A stretch of 64,000 nucleotides of DNA from Thermoanaerobaculia bacterium. GTDB lineage: Bacteria; Acidobacteriota; Thermoanaerobaculia; Multivoradales; JAIOJS01. Each line of letters starts with the position of its first letter. Position 1 is the stretch's first letter. Made by a program: the position numbers and the translations under genes. Shown here piece after piece: positions 36,334-44,603 of this stretch. Below the pieces are notes generated by a model that worked only from the letters and a program-made list of their open reading frames with translations, was not told the origin of the DNA and ran no database searches. The DNA lies in the NCBI GenBank assembly GCA_030429235.1, contig JAUIDB010000007.1, forward strand, positions 52,677-116,676, read 5' to 3'.

Positions 36334-38552
36334 GAAGGGTTCCTCGTGACAGTGATGTTGTCGAAGTAGATCGGGCTGGGGGAGAAGCCGTAGAGGCCCG
36401 GGCTTCCGGTCTGAATCCCGTGGGGGTCCTCGACCTCCAGGGTCCAGGCGTCCGGCTCGGGAGCCTCCTTCTTCCACACCTTGGCGCGGATCACGGTGGC
36501 GCTACCGCGATTCTCGACCTGCATCTTGGCGCGGTACCAGACTCCCATCTCCCAGGGGAAGTCGATCTGCTGCCGCATGCGGAGAGCCGAACCCCAGGAC
36601 CGGATCTCGAGTTTCTGGTGGGCGCCGAGAAGATCCAGGGTGTACCCCTGGGCCAGCAGTCCCATGTCCGCGCGCTTGCGTCCGGTCTGGGTTCCCATGA
36701 GGTCGGCGCTGATGGTGTAGTCGTGGTCGTCGTAGCGGCCCAGGAAGGTGATGTGCCGGTGGATCTTGACCGGCGAGGGGTTCTTGGCCAGAACATGCCC
36801 GTCGACTCCCTCCTTCTCCTCGACCTCGAAGCGGCCGACGTATCCGAGGAAGTAGCTGGGTCGCGAGCCGACCTCGGTGTGGTCGAAGTCTTCGGTGATC
36901 GGTAGCCCAGTGAGCACGCGCAACCGGGCGCGACCGGTGACTCCGCCGACCGTGGCCGAGATCTGTCCGCTGTGCGAGGCGGCTTGCGGAGAGGGGGTGA
37001 ACGTGCCGTCGGGACCGATCGTGCCCGCGGCGCCGTCGACGGTCCAGGTCACCTCGGCCGAACGATCGATGGGCCGACCCTTGGCGTCGTAGAGTCGCAC
37101 CGCGAACTGCGCCGTCTCGTCGCGGGTCAGGTGGACCTCGCCCGGAACGACCTGGACGGTAGCGATCGCGGCGTCGGCCGGCGCGCTCTCGGGGGCCTTA
37201 GGGGCCGCAGTCTCGGCCGCCTCAGGGCGCCATTGGCCGAGGGCGTAGATCCCCTCCTCGGTGGTGAAGAACACGACGCCATGGCTCACGGCAGGCGAGC
37301 CGTAGACCTCGGCGTAGCGTCCCTCCGGCATGGTGAGTTCTTTCTTGTCGAGGATCGTGCCTCCCTCGTCGCCAGGCTTGACGATCAGGAAGTGACCGTT
37401 CACCTCGGTGACGTAGAGCTTGCCGTCAGCCCATACCGGTGACCCCTTGCCCACGGTGCCTAGGTTGAGTTCCCACAGGTGGGAGCCGTCCTTGGCTGAC
37501 AGAGCGTGCAGGTTGGCGGAGTTGTCGACGACGTAGAGTCGGTCGCCCTTGGCCACCAGCGAGGAGAAACCGGCGCCCACTGGCGAGCGCCAGATCTCAT
37601 GACTGGTGGTGACATCCCCGCTGCCGGTGGCATCGATCGCCACGATTCGCCCCATGGAGCCACCGTCGAGGTTCTCTTCACTGTGACTGGCGTACACGGT
37701 GGTGCCTTCGACCACCACGGAGGTGTTGATACCGCGCTTCGACAGGCCGTATCCCCAGACCTGCTCTCCGGTCCGAGCGTCGACGGCGAAGATCCAGCCT
37801 CCCCCGTTGCCGTGGATGGCGAGTCGACGACCGTCGACCTCGGCGATGTTGACGGTCGATTGCGAGTTCTTGTCAGCCATCGAGGAGGCGGGCGAAGAGC
37901 GCCACAGCAGGTCGCCGGTGCGCTTGTCGAAGGCGTAGAGTCGGTGGAGGGGACGAGACTCGGCGCCCCAGTTGGTCGAGGCGAAGGTGACGATGACGCG
38001 GTCTTCGTCGACGGTCGGGGTCTGGGTACGGCCGCCGTAACCCTCCATGAACCCGTACTCCTCGATCAGGTTTTTCTCCCAGACGACCCGCCCGTCGCGG
38101 CTGTCGAGGCAGAGGAAGGTGCCACCGACGCCCTGCACGTACAGGTATCCGGTCTCGGCGTCGGCCGTCGGATTGGCCCAGCCGACCCGATTCCAGGGGA
38201 CTGTGGTCTGGTAGACGTTGAACCGGTACTCCCACTGCTTCTCGCCGGTGGCGGCGTCGAAGCAGGCCACCATCTCCTGGCGGTCGATTCCCTCGCCGGC
38301 CCGCCCGTTGGCACAGACCCGGCCGTCGAGGACCACCGGCGTCGACCGGCCGGTGAAGTCCTGCCGCCAGAGCAGGTTCTCGCCGTCGAGCGACCACGAG
38401 TCGACCAGTCCGGTCTCGGTGGACACGCCGTTGCGCTGCGGACCCCGCCAGTTGGCCCAGTCGTCGGCGATCGAGGCGGTGGTGGTGGCGATCAGGAAGA
38501 GCGCGGCGAGCCCTCCCCAGCCCGCCCGTCGGGCGATTGAATACTGTTGCAT
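36330..38552 (-). CDS. PQQ-like beta-propeller protein with C-terminal Ig-like and beta-sandwich extension
   Basis: ATG (MQQYSIARRAGWGGLAALFLIATTTASIADDWANWRGPQRNG). Propeller spans ~450 aa. Then an Ig-like segment (TVQVVPGEVHLTRDETAQFAVRLYD) and a ~220-aa domain. Confidence 0.75.
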   Translation of the reverse strand: MQQYSIARRAGWGGLAALFLIATTTASIADDWANWRGPQRNGVSTETGLVDSWSLDGENLLWRQDFTGRSTPVVLDGRVCANGRAGEGIDRQEMVACFDAATGEKQWEYRFNVYQTTVPWNRVGWANPTADAETGYLYVQGVGGTFLCLDSRDGRVVWEKNLIEEYGFMEGYGGRTQTPTVDEDRVIVTFASTNWGAESRPLHRLYAFDKRTGDLLWRSSPASSMADKNSQSTVNIAEVDGRRLAIHGNGGGWIFAVDARTGEQVWGYGLSKRGINTSVVVEGTTVYASHSEENLDGGSMGRIVAIDATGSGDVTTSHEIWRSPVGAGFSSLVAKGDRLYVVDNSANLHALSAKDGSHLWELNLGTVGKGSPVWADGKLYVTEVNGHFLIVKPGDEGGTILDKKELTMPEGRYAEVYGSPAVSHGVVFFTTEEGIYALGQWRPEAAETAAPKAPESAPADAAIATVQVVPGEVHLTRDETAQFAVRLYDAKGRPIDRSAEVTWTVDGAAGTIGPDGTFTPSPQAASHSGQISATVGGVTGRARLRVLTGLPITEDFDHTEVGSRPSYFLGYVGRFEVEEKEGVDGHVLAKNPSPVKIHRHITFLGRYDDHDYTISADLMGTQTGRKRADMGLLAQGYTLDLLGAHQKLEIRSWGSALRMRQQIDFPWEMGVWYRAKMQVENRGSATVIRAKVWKKEAPEPDAWTLEVEDPHGIQTGSPGLYGFSPSPIYFDNITVTRNPS

Positions 38553-38658
38553 GTGGGGTCCTCCTTGTCGCTCGGACGAAACTCTAACCGAGCTTATCAT
38601 CGCGGCCGAGCCGCGGCGCTGGGGCGGCGGGGCTCAGCGACTTCTACGAATCTACGGG

Positions 38659-39231
38659 TCAGAGGTTTGCGGAATCGGTGGTCGGGGTGGCCACTTCCAC
38701 CGTTGCGGGTTGCGTTTGGGGTGGCGCCGGGGTCGGCTTGTAGAGGGTGACCAGGCCACCGCCGATCGCGGCCAGGGCGATGCCGGCCACGAACTGCCAG
38801 CGCAGGCCTCCCCAGCCTCCGGCCGGGGGGTGCAGGGCGGTGGCTACGATGGCGTTGACGATGGGCGCACCGGCAAAGATGATGCTCATGACCACGGCGG
38901 GAGTGCCCTTGGCGCCGAAGGCGAGGAGCACACAGAACGCGCCGGCGGCTCCCACCAGGCCGGCGAGCAGTGACCACAGCACGCCGCTGGACGGGAAACT
39001 GAAGGCGTTGCCCGCACTGCGCTGGCTCGCCAGGATCGCCAACGGGGCGAGCACCGCGGTCAGGAAGTAGGCGATGCCGACGAAGAGGAACGCCTTGTAG
39101 CGCCCGAGGTCGGGGTCCTGCATCTGCACCTGTCCCTTGTGCAGGAAGATCCCGTAGAGCCCCCAGGTGGCCACCGTCATCAGGGCGAAGAGCAGCCAGG
39201 TCATCGAAGTCGGGTGGGAAGCAGCAGTCAT
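38659..39231 (-). CDS. Hypothetical small integral membrane protein (4-5 TM)
   Basis: 190 aa with hydrophobic helices. No recognisable family. Confidence 0.45.
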   Translation of the reverse strand: MTAASHPTSMTWLLFALMTVATWGLYGIFLHKGQVQMQDPDLGRYKAFLFVGIAYFLTAVLAPLAILASQRSAGNAFSFPSSGVLWSLLAGLVGAAGAFCVLLAFGAKGTPAVVMSIIFAGAPIVNAIVATALHPPAGGWGGLRWQFVAGIALAAIGGGLVTLYKPTPAPPQTQPATVEVATPTTDSANL

Positions 39232-39488
39232 GATGGTGGTTCTCCTGGTAGTCCGTCGATCGGCCGCAGGGTAGCACTATTGCAGAGACAGTTCGCGGGC
39301 TGGTTTGGGGCTCGAGGGATCACGCCCGAGGCGGTACGTGTCCCCTCCCGGGACTGATCCCAGACCAAGCCCTGACCAATGCCTGACCGAAGAGCCTCTC
39401 GAAGGCTGACACACTACGACTTCGCCGGAAGCGTGGTGCGCCCCCCGAGATCGCCTCGGCGCAGGGGCGCTGGTACAGGCTCAACCAA

Positions 39489-41012
39489 GTGAGGGAACCT
39501 CCATTGGAACATCCGACGATCATCCAGGGTGGTATGGGTGTCGCTGTCTCAGGCTGGCGACTGGCTCGTACCGTGTCGCGAACCGGCCAGCTCGGAGTCG
39601 TCTCCGGCACGGCCCTCGACACCGTTCTGGTTCGGCAACTGCAGGACGGAGATCCCGGGGGCCACCACCGACGCGCGATGGCGCGCTTTCCGATCGTCGG
39701 GGTTGCCGATCGGGTCCTCGAGACCTACTTCGTCGAGGGCGGCAAGGGCGCCGAGGTTCCCTACGCCCTGGTTCCCAAGCCGAGACTCCCCCTGAAGCAG
39801 CACTACCTCGAACTCCTGGCCCTAGGCAACTTCGTCGAAGTCACCCTGGCCAAGGAGGGGCACGATGGCCAGGTGGGCATCAACTTCCTGGAGAAGATCC
39901 AGATCCCGACCCTGGCCTCGCTCTACGGAGCCATGCTCGCCGGGGTCGACTACGTGCTCATGGGAGCGGGGATCCCGCGCGAGATCCCCGGGGCCATGGA
40001 TGCCTTCGCCGAGGGTCGGAAGGCCGAACTGTCGATCTACGTGCAAGGGGCTCAGAAGGGCGAGGTCACGACAACGGAGGTCGATCCCGCCGCCCTGGGC
40101 TGGCCGACGCCACCGAAGCGGCCCTACTTCCTCGCCATCGTGGCTTCGGTGTCGTTGGCGACCATGCTGTCGCGCAAAGCGACCGGTCACGTCGACGGTT
40201 TCGTCATCGAACGGGAGACGGCCGGGGGGCACAACGCGCCTCCCCGCGGCAAGCTGCAGCTCTCGGAGAGTGGGGAACCGATCTACGGACCTCGCGACGT
40301 GGTCGACCTGGAGCAGATCCACCACTTGGGGCGCCCCTTCTGGCTCGCCGGAGCCTGCGCCAGTCCCCAGTCGGTGGCCGAGGTTCAGGCCTTCGGCGGT
40401 CAGGGCGTACAGATTGGCACGACCTTCGCCCTGTCACGGGAATCCGGCCTGCACGGGCCGATCCGCGACGAACTCCTACGGCGGGCATCGGCCGACCGGC
40501 TGAAGGTTCGCACCGACGCCCGTGCCTCTCCCACCGGTTTTCCCTTCAAGGTGGTCGAGATCGAGGACTCCATCGCCGAGGACTCGACCTACCGGCAGCG
40601 GCAGCGAGTCTGCGACCTGGGCTACTTGCGCACGGTGTTTCGGAAAGAGAACGGAGGCCTCGGCTACCGCTGCGCCTCGGAGCCGATCAAGACCTATGTC
40701 GCGAAGGGGGGGCTCGAGGAGGACACCGAGGGCCGTCGTTGTCTCTGCAACGCGCTCCTGGCCACCGTCGACATGCCCCAGGCCCTCGACGACGGCAGCC
40801 ACGAGATCCCGATCGTCACGTCCGGGGACGACTACTCCCTGGCCCGCAAGCTGCTGCTGGCCCACGGCGGTTCGTACTCGGCGACGCAGGTGATCGACTA
40901 TCTGCTCGGGCGCGAGCCGGCCGTCGGGACCGAGGACGCCCTCGTGGCAGATCCCGGCGTGGCGAGCGATCCCGCCACCGAGGGGGAGCCGGCTCTGGTT
41001 GGACGCACCTAG
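39489..41012 (+). CDS. Nitronate monooxygenase (NMO / 2-nitropropane dioxygenase-like FMN enzyme)
   Basis: N-terminal EHPTIIQGGMGVAVS motif. TIM-barrel length. GTG start. Confidence 0.8.
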   Translation: MREPPLEHPTIIQGGMGVAVSGWRLARTVSRTGQLGVVSGTALDTVLVRQLQDGDPGGHHRRAMARFPIVGVADRVLETYFVEGGKGAEVPYALVPKPRLPLKQHYLELLALGNFVEVTLAKEGHDGQVGINFLEKIQIPTLASLYGAMLAGVDYVLMGAGIPREIPGAMDAFAEGRKAELSIYVQGAQKGEVTTTEVDPAALGWPTPPKRPYFLAIVASVSLATMLSRKATGHVDGFVIERETAGGHNAPPRGKLQLSESGEPIYGPRDVVDLEQIHHLGRPFWLAGACASPQSVAEVQAFGGQGVQIGTTFALSRESGLHGPIRDELLRRASADRLKVRTDARASPTGFPFKVVEIEDSIAEDSTYRQRQRVCDLGYLRTVFRKENGGLGYRCASEPIKTYVAKGGLEEDTEGRRCLCNALLATVDMPQALDDGSHEIPIVTSGDDYSLARKLLLAHGGSYSATQVIDYLLGREPAVGTEDALVADPGVASDPATEGEPALVGRT

Positions 41013-41083
41013 CGGTGCAGCCCCCTCGGTTGGGAGCTCCCCGCTCCGCGGCTCAGATTCTGCGGGTCTGGTAGGTTTCTACC

Positions 41084-42445
41084 GTGCAGTACCGTACCCT
41101 CGATCCGTCGACGGGTGAGCTCCTGCGGGAGTATCCCCGGGCGTCGTCCGCGGAGATGGAGCAGGCCCTCGAGGCGGCCGGCCGAGCCTTCGTCGGCTGG
41201 CACCGAGCCGACCTGGCGGCCCGGACGACGGTACTCGTCGCCCTCGCCGAGCGGTTGGAAGCCCGCGGCGAGTCGCTGGCCGAACTGATGGCACTGGAGA
41301 TGGGCAAGCCCCTGGCCCAGGGACGCTCCGAGGTCGAGAAGTGTGCCTGGGTCTGCCGGTACTACGCCGAGCACAGCGAGGTCCTGCTGACGAGCGACCC
41401 GCGCGACAGCGACGCCGCGGCCGAGGTGCGCTACGAACCGCTGGGGCCGGTGTTGGCCATCATGCCGTGGAACTTTCCCTTCTGGCAGGTCTTCCGTTTC
41501 CTCGCTCCCGCCCTGGCCCTCGGCAACGTGGGTCTGTTGAAGCATGCTCCTTCGACTCCCGGGTGCGCCCTGGCCATCGTCGACCTGGTCGCCGAGGCCG
41601 GTGCCCCCGAGGGGGTGTTGCAGAACCTCTTTCTCTCGAACGAGCAGGCGGCGGAGCTGATCGCCGACTCCCGGGTTCGTGGGGTCACCTTGACCGGCTC
41701 GACGGCCGCCGGTCGGGAAGTGGCGGCAGCGGCGGGACGAGCTCTGAAGCCGATGGTGGCGGAACTCGGGGGGAGTGATCCGTTCCTGGTGTTCGAGGAT
41801 GCGGACCTCGAGGCGGCGGTTCGGGTGGGGGTCCAGTCGCGCTGTCTGAACTCGGGCCAGAGCTGTATCGCGGCCAAGCGCTTCCTGGTGGCGGCTCCGA
41901 TCTGGGACGAGTTTGTCGAACGCTTCACGGCCGCCATGGCGGCCCAGCGGGTGGGGAACCCGACCGTCGAAGGGATCGATGTCGGCCCGCTGGCGCGGCA
42001 CGACCTGCGCCAGACCCTCGTCGACCAGGTCGAGGCGGCGCGCCAGGCCGGCGGTCGCGTGCTGGTCGGTGGAGAGCCCACCCCCGGTCCAGGGTTCTAT
42101 TACCCTCCGACCGTCATCGCCGGTCTCGACCCCCGGCGGCCGCCCAGCGATCAGGAGTTCTTCGGGCCGGTCGCGACGGTCTATCGATTCTCCGACGAAG
42201 AGGAGGCGCTGTCGATCGCCAATGCGACTCCCTATGGGTTGGGGGCCTCCGTCTGGACCGAAGATCGAGCGCGACTCGAACGTCTCGTCCCCCGACTCGA
42301 GGTGGGGTCGGTGTTCGTGCGCGGACTCGTCAAGTCGGACCCCCGCCTGCCCTTCGGGGGCGTCAAGGATTCCGGTTTCGGCCGGGAACTGGCGCGCGAG
42401 GGGATGCTGGAGTTCGCCAACGTCAAGACGGTCTGGGTGGGTTGA
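41084..42445 (+). CDS. NAD(P)-dependent succinate-semialdehyde dehydrogenase-like aldehyde dehydrogenase
   Basis: 453 aa. ELGGSDP and NSGQSCIAAKRF catalytic Cys motif. Short-form SSADH architecture. Confidence 0.8.
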   Translation: MQYRTLDPSTGELLREYPRASSAEMEQALEAAGRAFVGWHRADLAARTTVLVALAERLEARGESLAELMALEMGKPLAQGRSEVEKCAWVCRYYAEHSEVLLTSDPRDSDAAAEVRYEPLGPVLAIMPWNFPFWQVFRFLAPALALGNVGLLKHAPSTPGCALAIVDLVAEAGAPEGVLQNLFLSNEQAAELIADSRVRGVTLTGSTAAGREVAAAAGRALKPMVAELGGSDPFLVFEDADLEAAVRVGVQSRCLNSGQSCIAAKRFLVAAPIWDEFVERFTAAMAAQRVGNPTVEGIDVGPLARHDLRQTLVDQVEAARQAGGRVLVGGEPTPGPGFYYPPTVIAGLDPRRPPSDQEFFGPVATVYRFSDEEEALSIANATPYGLGASVWTEDRARLERLVPRLEVGSVFVRGLVKSDPRLPFGGVKDSGFGRELAREGMLEFANVKTVWVG

Positions 42446-42524
42446 CGCCCCTCGACCACGCGGCCTGGCGGCGTCGCCCACGTCGATCCGCCGGACACTA
42501 GCCGTTCGGATATCCTCGTCGGCC

Positions 42525-43679
42525 ATGGACCCGATTCGGCCGGACCCGCTGCTGCGTCATGGCTGGCGGAGCTACGCGATCCTGGGAGTGGCTTGGCTCC
42601 TGCCTGCTCTGATGGTGGCGGCCCTGGTCTACGCGATCCAGGCGGGGGCCGAGGGGAGCGAGTCCCTCGGTACCATCCTCCTCCGGAGTCTCTGGTTCTA
42701 CGGTCAACTCGCGGTCCTTTGCCCCCTGGTCTACCGGCTGCAGCAGCACCTGTCGTTCTCGCCGGGGCGCTGGCCGATCGCTTGTCTCGCGTACGGGGTG
42801 TTGGCGGTGGGCGTCGTCGTGGCGCTCACGGCTCTGAGCGGGGTGGCGAACTGGGTCCTGGACCAGGGCGAAACAACCCTTGCCGAGTTCGTTCGGCTCG
42901 AGTTCACGACGCCACCGGGTCAGTTCCAGGCCGTCGTCTACCTCTTCTACTTTGCGCTGATCGTGGCGGCGATGATGATCGTCAGCCTGCGGCGACAGAG
43001 CCGCCGGCAGGGCGAGCAAGCCGCTGAGCTGGCCCTGCAGGCGTCGCGGCTCGAGGCTCAGGTGGCTCTCGCCCGGCTGAAGGCACTCGAGAGCCAGCTG
43101 AACCCCCACTTCCTGTTCAACGCGCTCAACGGCGTAGCCTCCCTGGTCCAGCTCGGGCGCTCCGACCAGGCCTACGAAGCGATCGCTCTGCTGGGCGAAC
43201 TCCTGCGTGAGAGCCTGCACGAGGGGGATCGCCACTCGATCTCCCTGGAGCGGGAGGTCGAGTTGCTCGAGAAGTACCTCGATCTCGAGCGGATCCGCTT
43301 CAGCGATCGGCTGCGGGTCTCGGTCGCGGTCGACGCGGCGTGTTCGTCGGCGGTGGTGCCGGCGATGGTCTTGCAGCCACTGGTCGAGAACGCCTTGCGG
43401 CACGGGATCTCGGAACATCCGGACGCCGGACAGCTACAGATCGAGGTGCGTCGCCACGGTCCGCGGGTCGTGGTCGCGGTGCAGGACGATGGCCCCGGGG
43501 TGCCAGCGGGTTGGAGTTTCGACGCCGACGCCGGGGTCGGTCTGCGCAACCTGCGGGATCGACTCGCGGTGCACTACGGGTCGGTCTTCGAGTTGACGCT
43601 GGCCTCGGCTCGCCCCCGTGGAACCCTGGTGACGCTGGCGTTCCCCTATCGAACCCTTGCGGGAGGGGCGGCGCCGTGA
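42525..43679 (+). CDS. Sensor histidine kinase, LytS/YehU family
   Basis: ATG at 42525. Six N-terminal TM helices. His_kinase motif LNPHFLFNALN. HATPase_c region. The longer track ORF (from 41913) overlaps the SSADH gene in another frame and is rejected. Confidence 0.85.
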   Translation: MDPIRPDPLLRHGWRSYAILGVAWLLPALMVAALVYAIQAGAEGSESLGTILLRSLWFYGQLAVLCPLVYRLQQHLSFSPGRWPIACLAYGVLAVGVVVALTALSGVANWVLDQGETTLAEFVRLEFTTPPGQFQAVVYLFYFALIVAAMMIVSLRRQSRRQGEQAAELALQASRLEAQVALARLKALESQLNPHFLFNALNGVASLVQLGRSDQAYEAIALLGELLRESLHEGDRHSISLEREVELLEKYLDLERIRFSDRLRVSVAVDAACSSAVVPAMVLQPLVENALRHGISEHPDAGQLQIEVRRHGPRVVVAVQDDGPGVPAGWSFDADAGVGLRNLRDRLAVHYGSVFELTLASARPRGTLVTLAFPYRTLAGGAAP

Positions 43680-44470
43680 TCCGCACCATGATCGTCGACG
43701 ACGAACCCCTGGCGCGCGAGCTGATTCGGGATCTCTTGCGTGAGGATTCCGAGATCGAGGTGGTGGCCGAGTGTAGGAACGGTCAGGAAGCGCTGGAGTC
43801 CATCGGCCTGCTCCAACCCGACCTGCTCTTCCTCGATGTGCAGATGCCGGGAGCCTCGGGAATGGAGGTGGTGGCGCGACTGCCTGCCGACCAGATCCCG
43901 CAAGTGGTGTTCGTGACGGCCTACGATCGGTATGCCATCGAAGCGTTCCGGGCGCGGGCGCTCGACTACCTGCTCAAACCGTTCTCGAAGGAGCGCTTTC
44001 GGGAGAGTCTGCGCCGCGCCAAGGAGGCGATCCAGCGTCGCAGGTTGGTCGGCCTGGCGGCGGAGATGACGGCGCTGGCACGCTCCTACGCCGACCTCCA
44101 CGCGTCCCTGGCGGTCGACACCGAGGTCGAGACCGAATTCGTGGAGTTCTTGAGCTTTCGGTCGGGGCGGCAGCTCAAGCGTCTGGCGGTGTCGGAGATC
44201 GCCTGGATCGAGGCCGCCAACCAGTACGTGCGGCTCCACACCGCCACCGGAAGCTGCCTGCTCGCCAGGTCGCTGAACAGCCTCGAGCGCGAGCTCGATC
44301 CCGCCCGTTTCTGCCGGATCCACCGCTCGACGATCGTCCAGACTTCGCAGGTGCGGGAGGTGCGACTCGAAAAGAACGGCGCCTGCTCGGTTCTGCTGGT
44401 CGGAGGAGAGCGGTTGCGCGTGAGCCGCCGCCGGCGCCAGGCCTGGGAAGCGGCGTGGTCCGCCCGCTGA
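43676..44470 (+). CDS. LytTR-family response regulator
   Basis: GTG at 43676 overlaps the kinase stop. Receiver domain (MIVDDEPLAR...LDVQMPG) plus C-terminal LytTR DNA-binding domain. Confidence 0.85.
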   Translation: MIRTMIVDDEPLARELIRDLLREDSEIEVVAECRNGQEALESIGLLQPDLLFLDVQMPGASGMEVVARLPADQIPQVVFVTAYDRYAIEAFRARALDYLLKPFSKERFRESLRRAKEAIQRRRLVGLAAEMTALARSYADLHASLAVDTEVETEFVEFLSFRSGRQLKRLAVSEIAWIEAANQYVRLHTATGSCLLARSLNSLERELDPARFCRIHRSTIVQTSQVREVRLEKNGACSVLLVGGERLRVSRRRRQAWEAAWSAR

Positions 44471-44603
44471 CACTGCCGTTGGCGAGGTGAGGCGACCGTT
44501 GGCCGGCAACATGGGCCGTTGACCGGCTAGGTTCTCGGTCTCCTACCGGGTCCTCGTAGGATGGCTCCACCCGACGGTGCAGTCGAGAGCGAGGAGGTGC
44601 AGC

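Noticed and set aside
41913-42524. 5' extension of the histidine-kinase ORF back to 41913.
   Set aside because: It overlaps the SSADH gene in a different frame. ATG 42525 gives a sensible TM N-terminus right after the SSADH stop.
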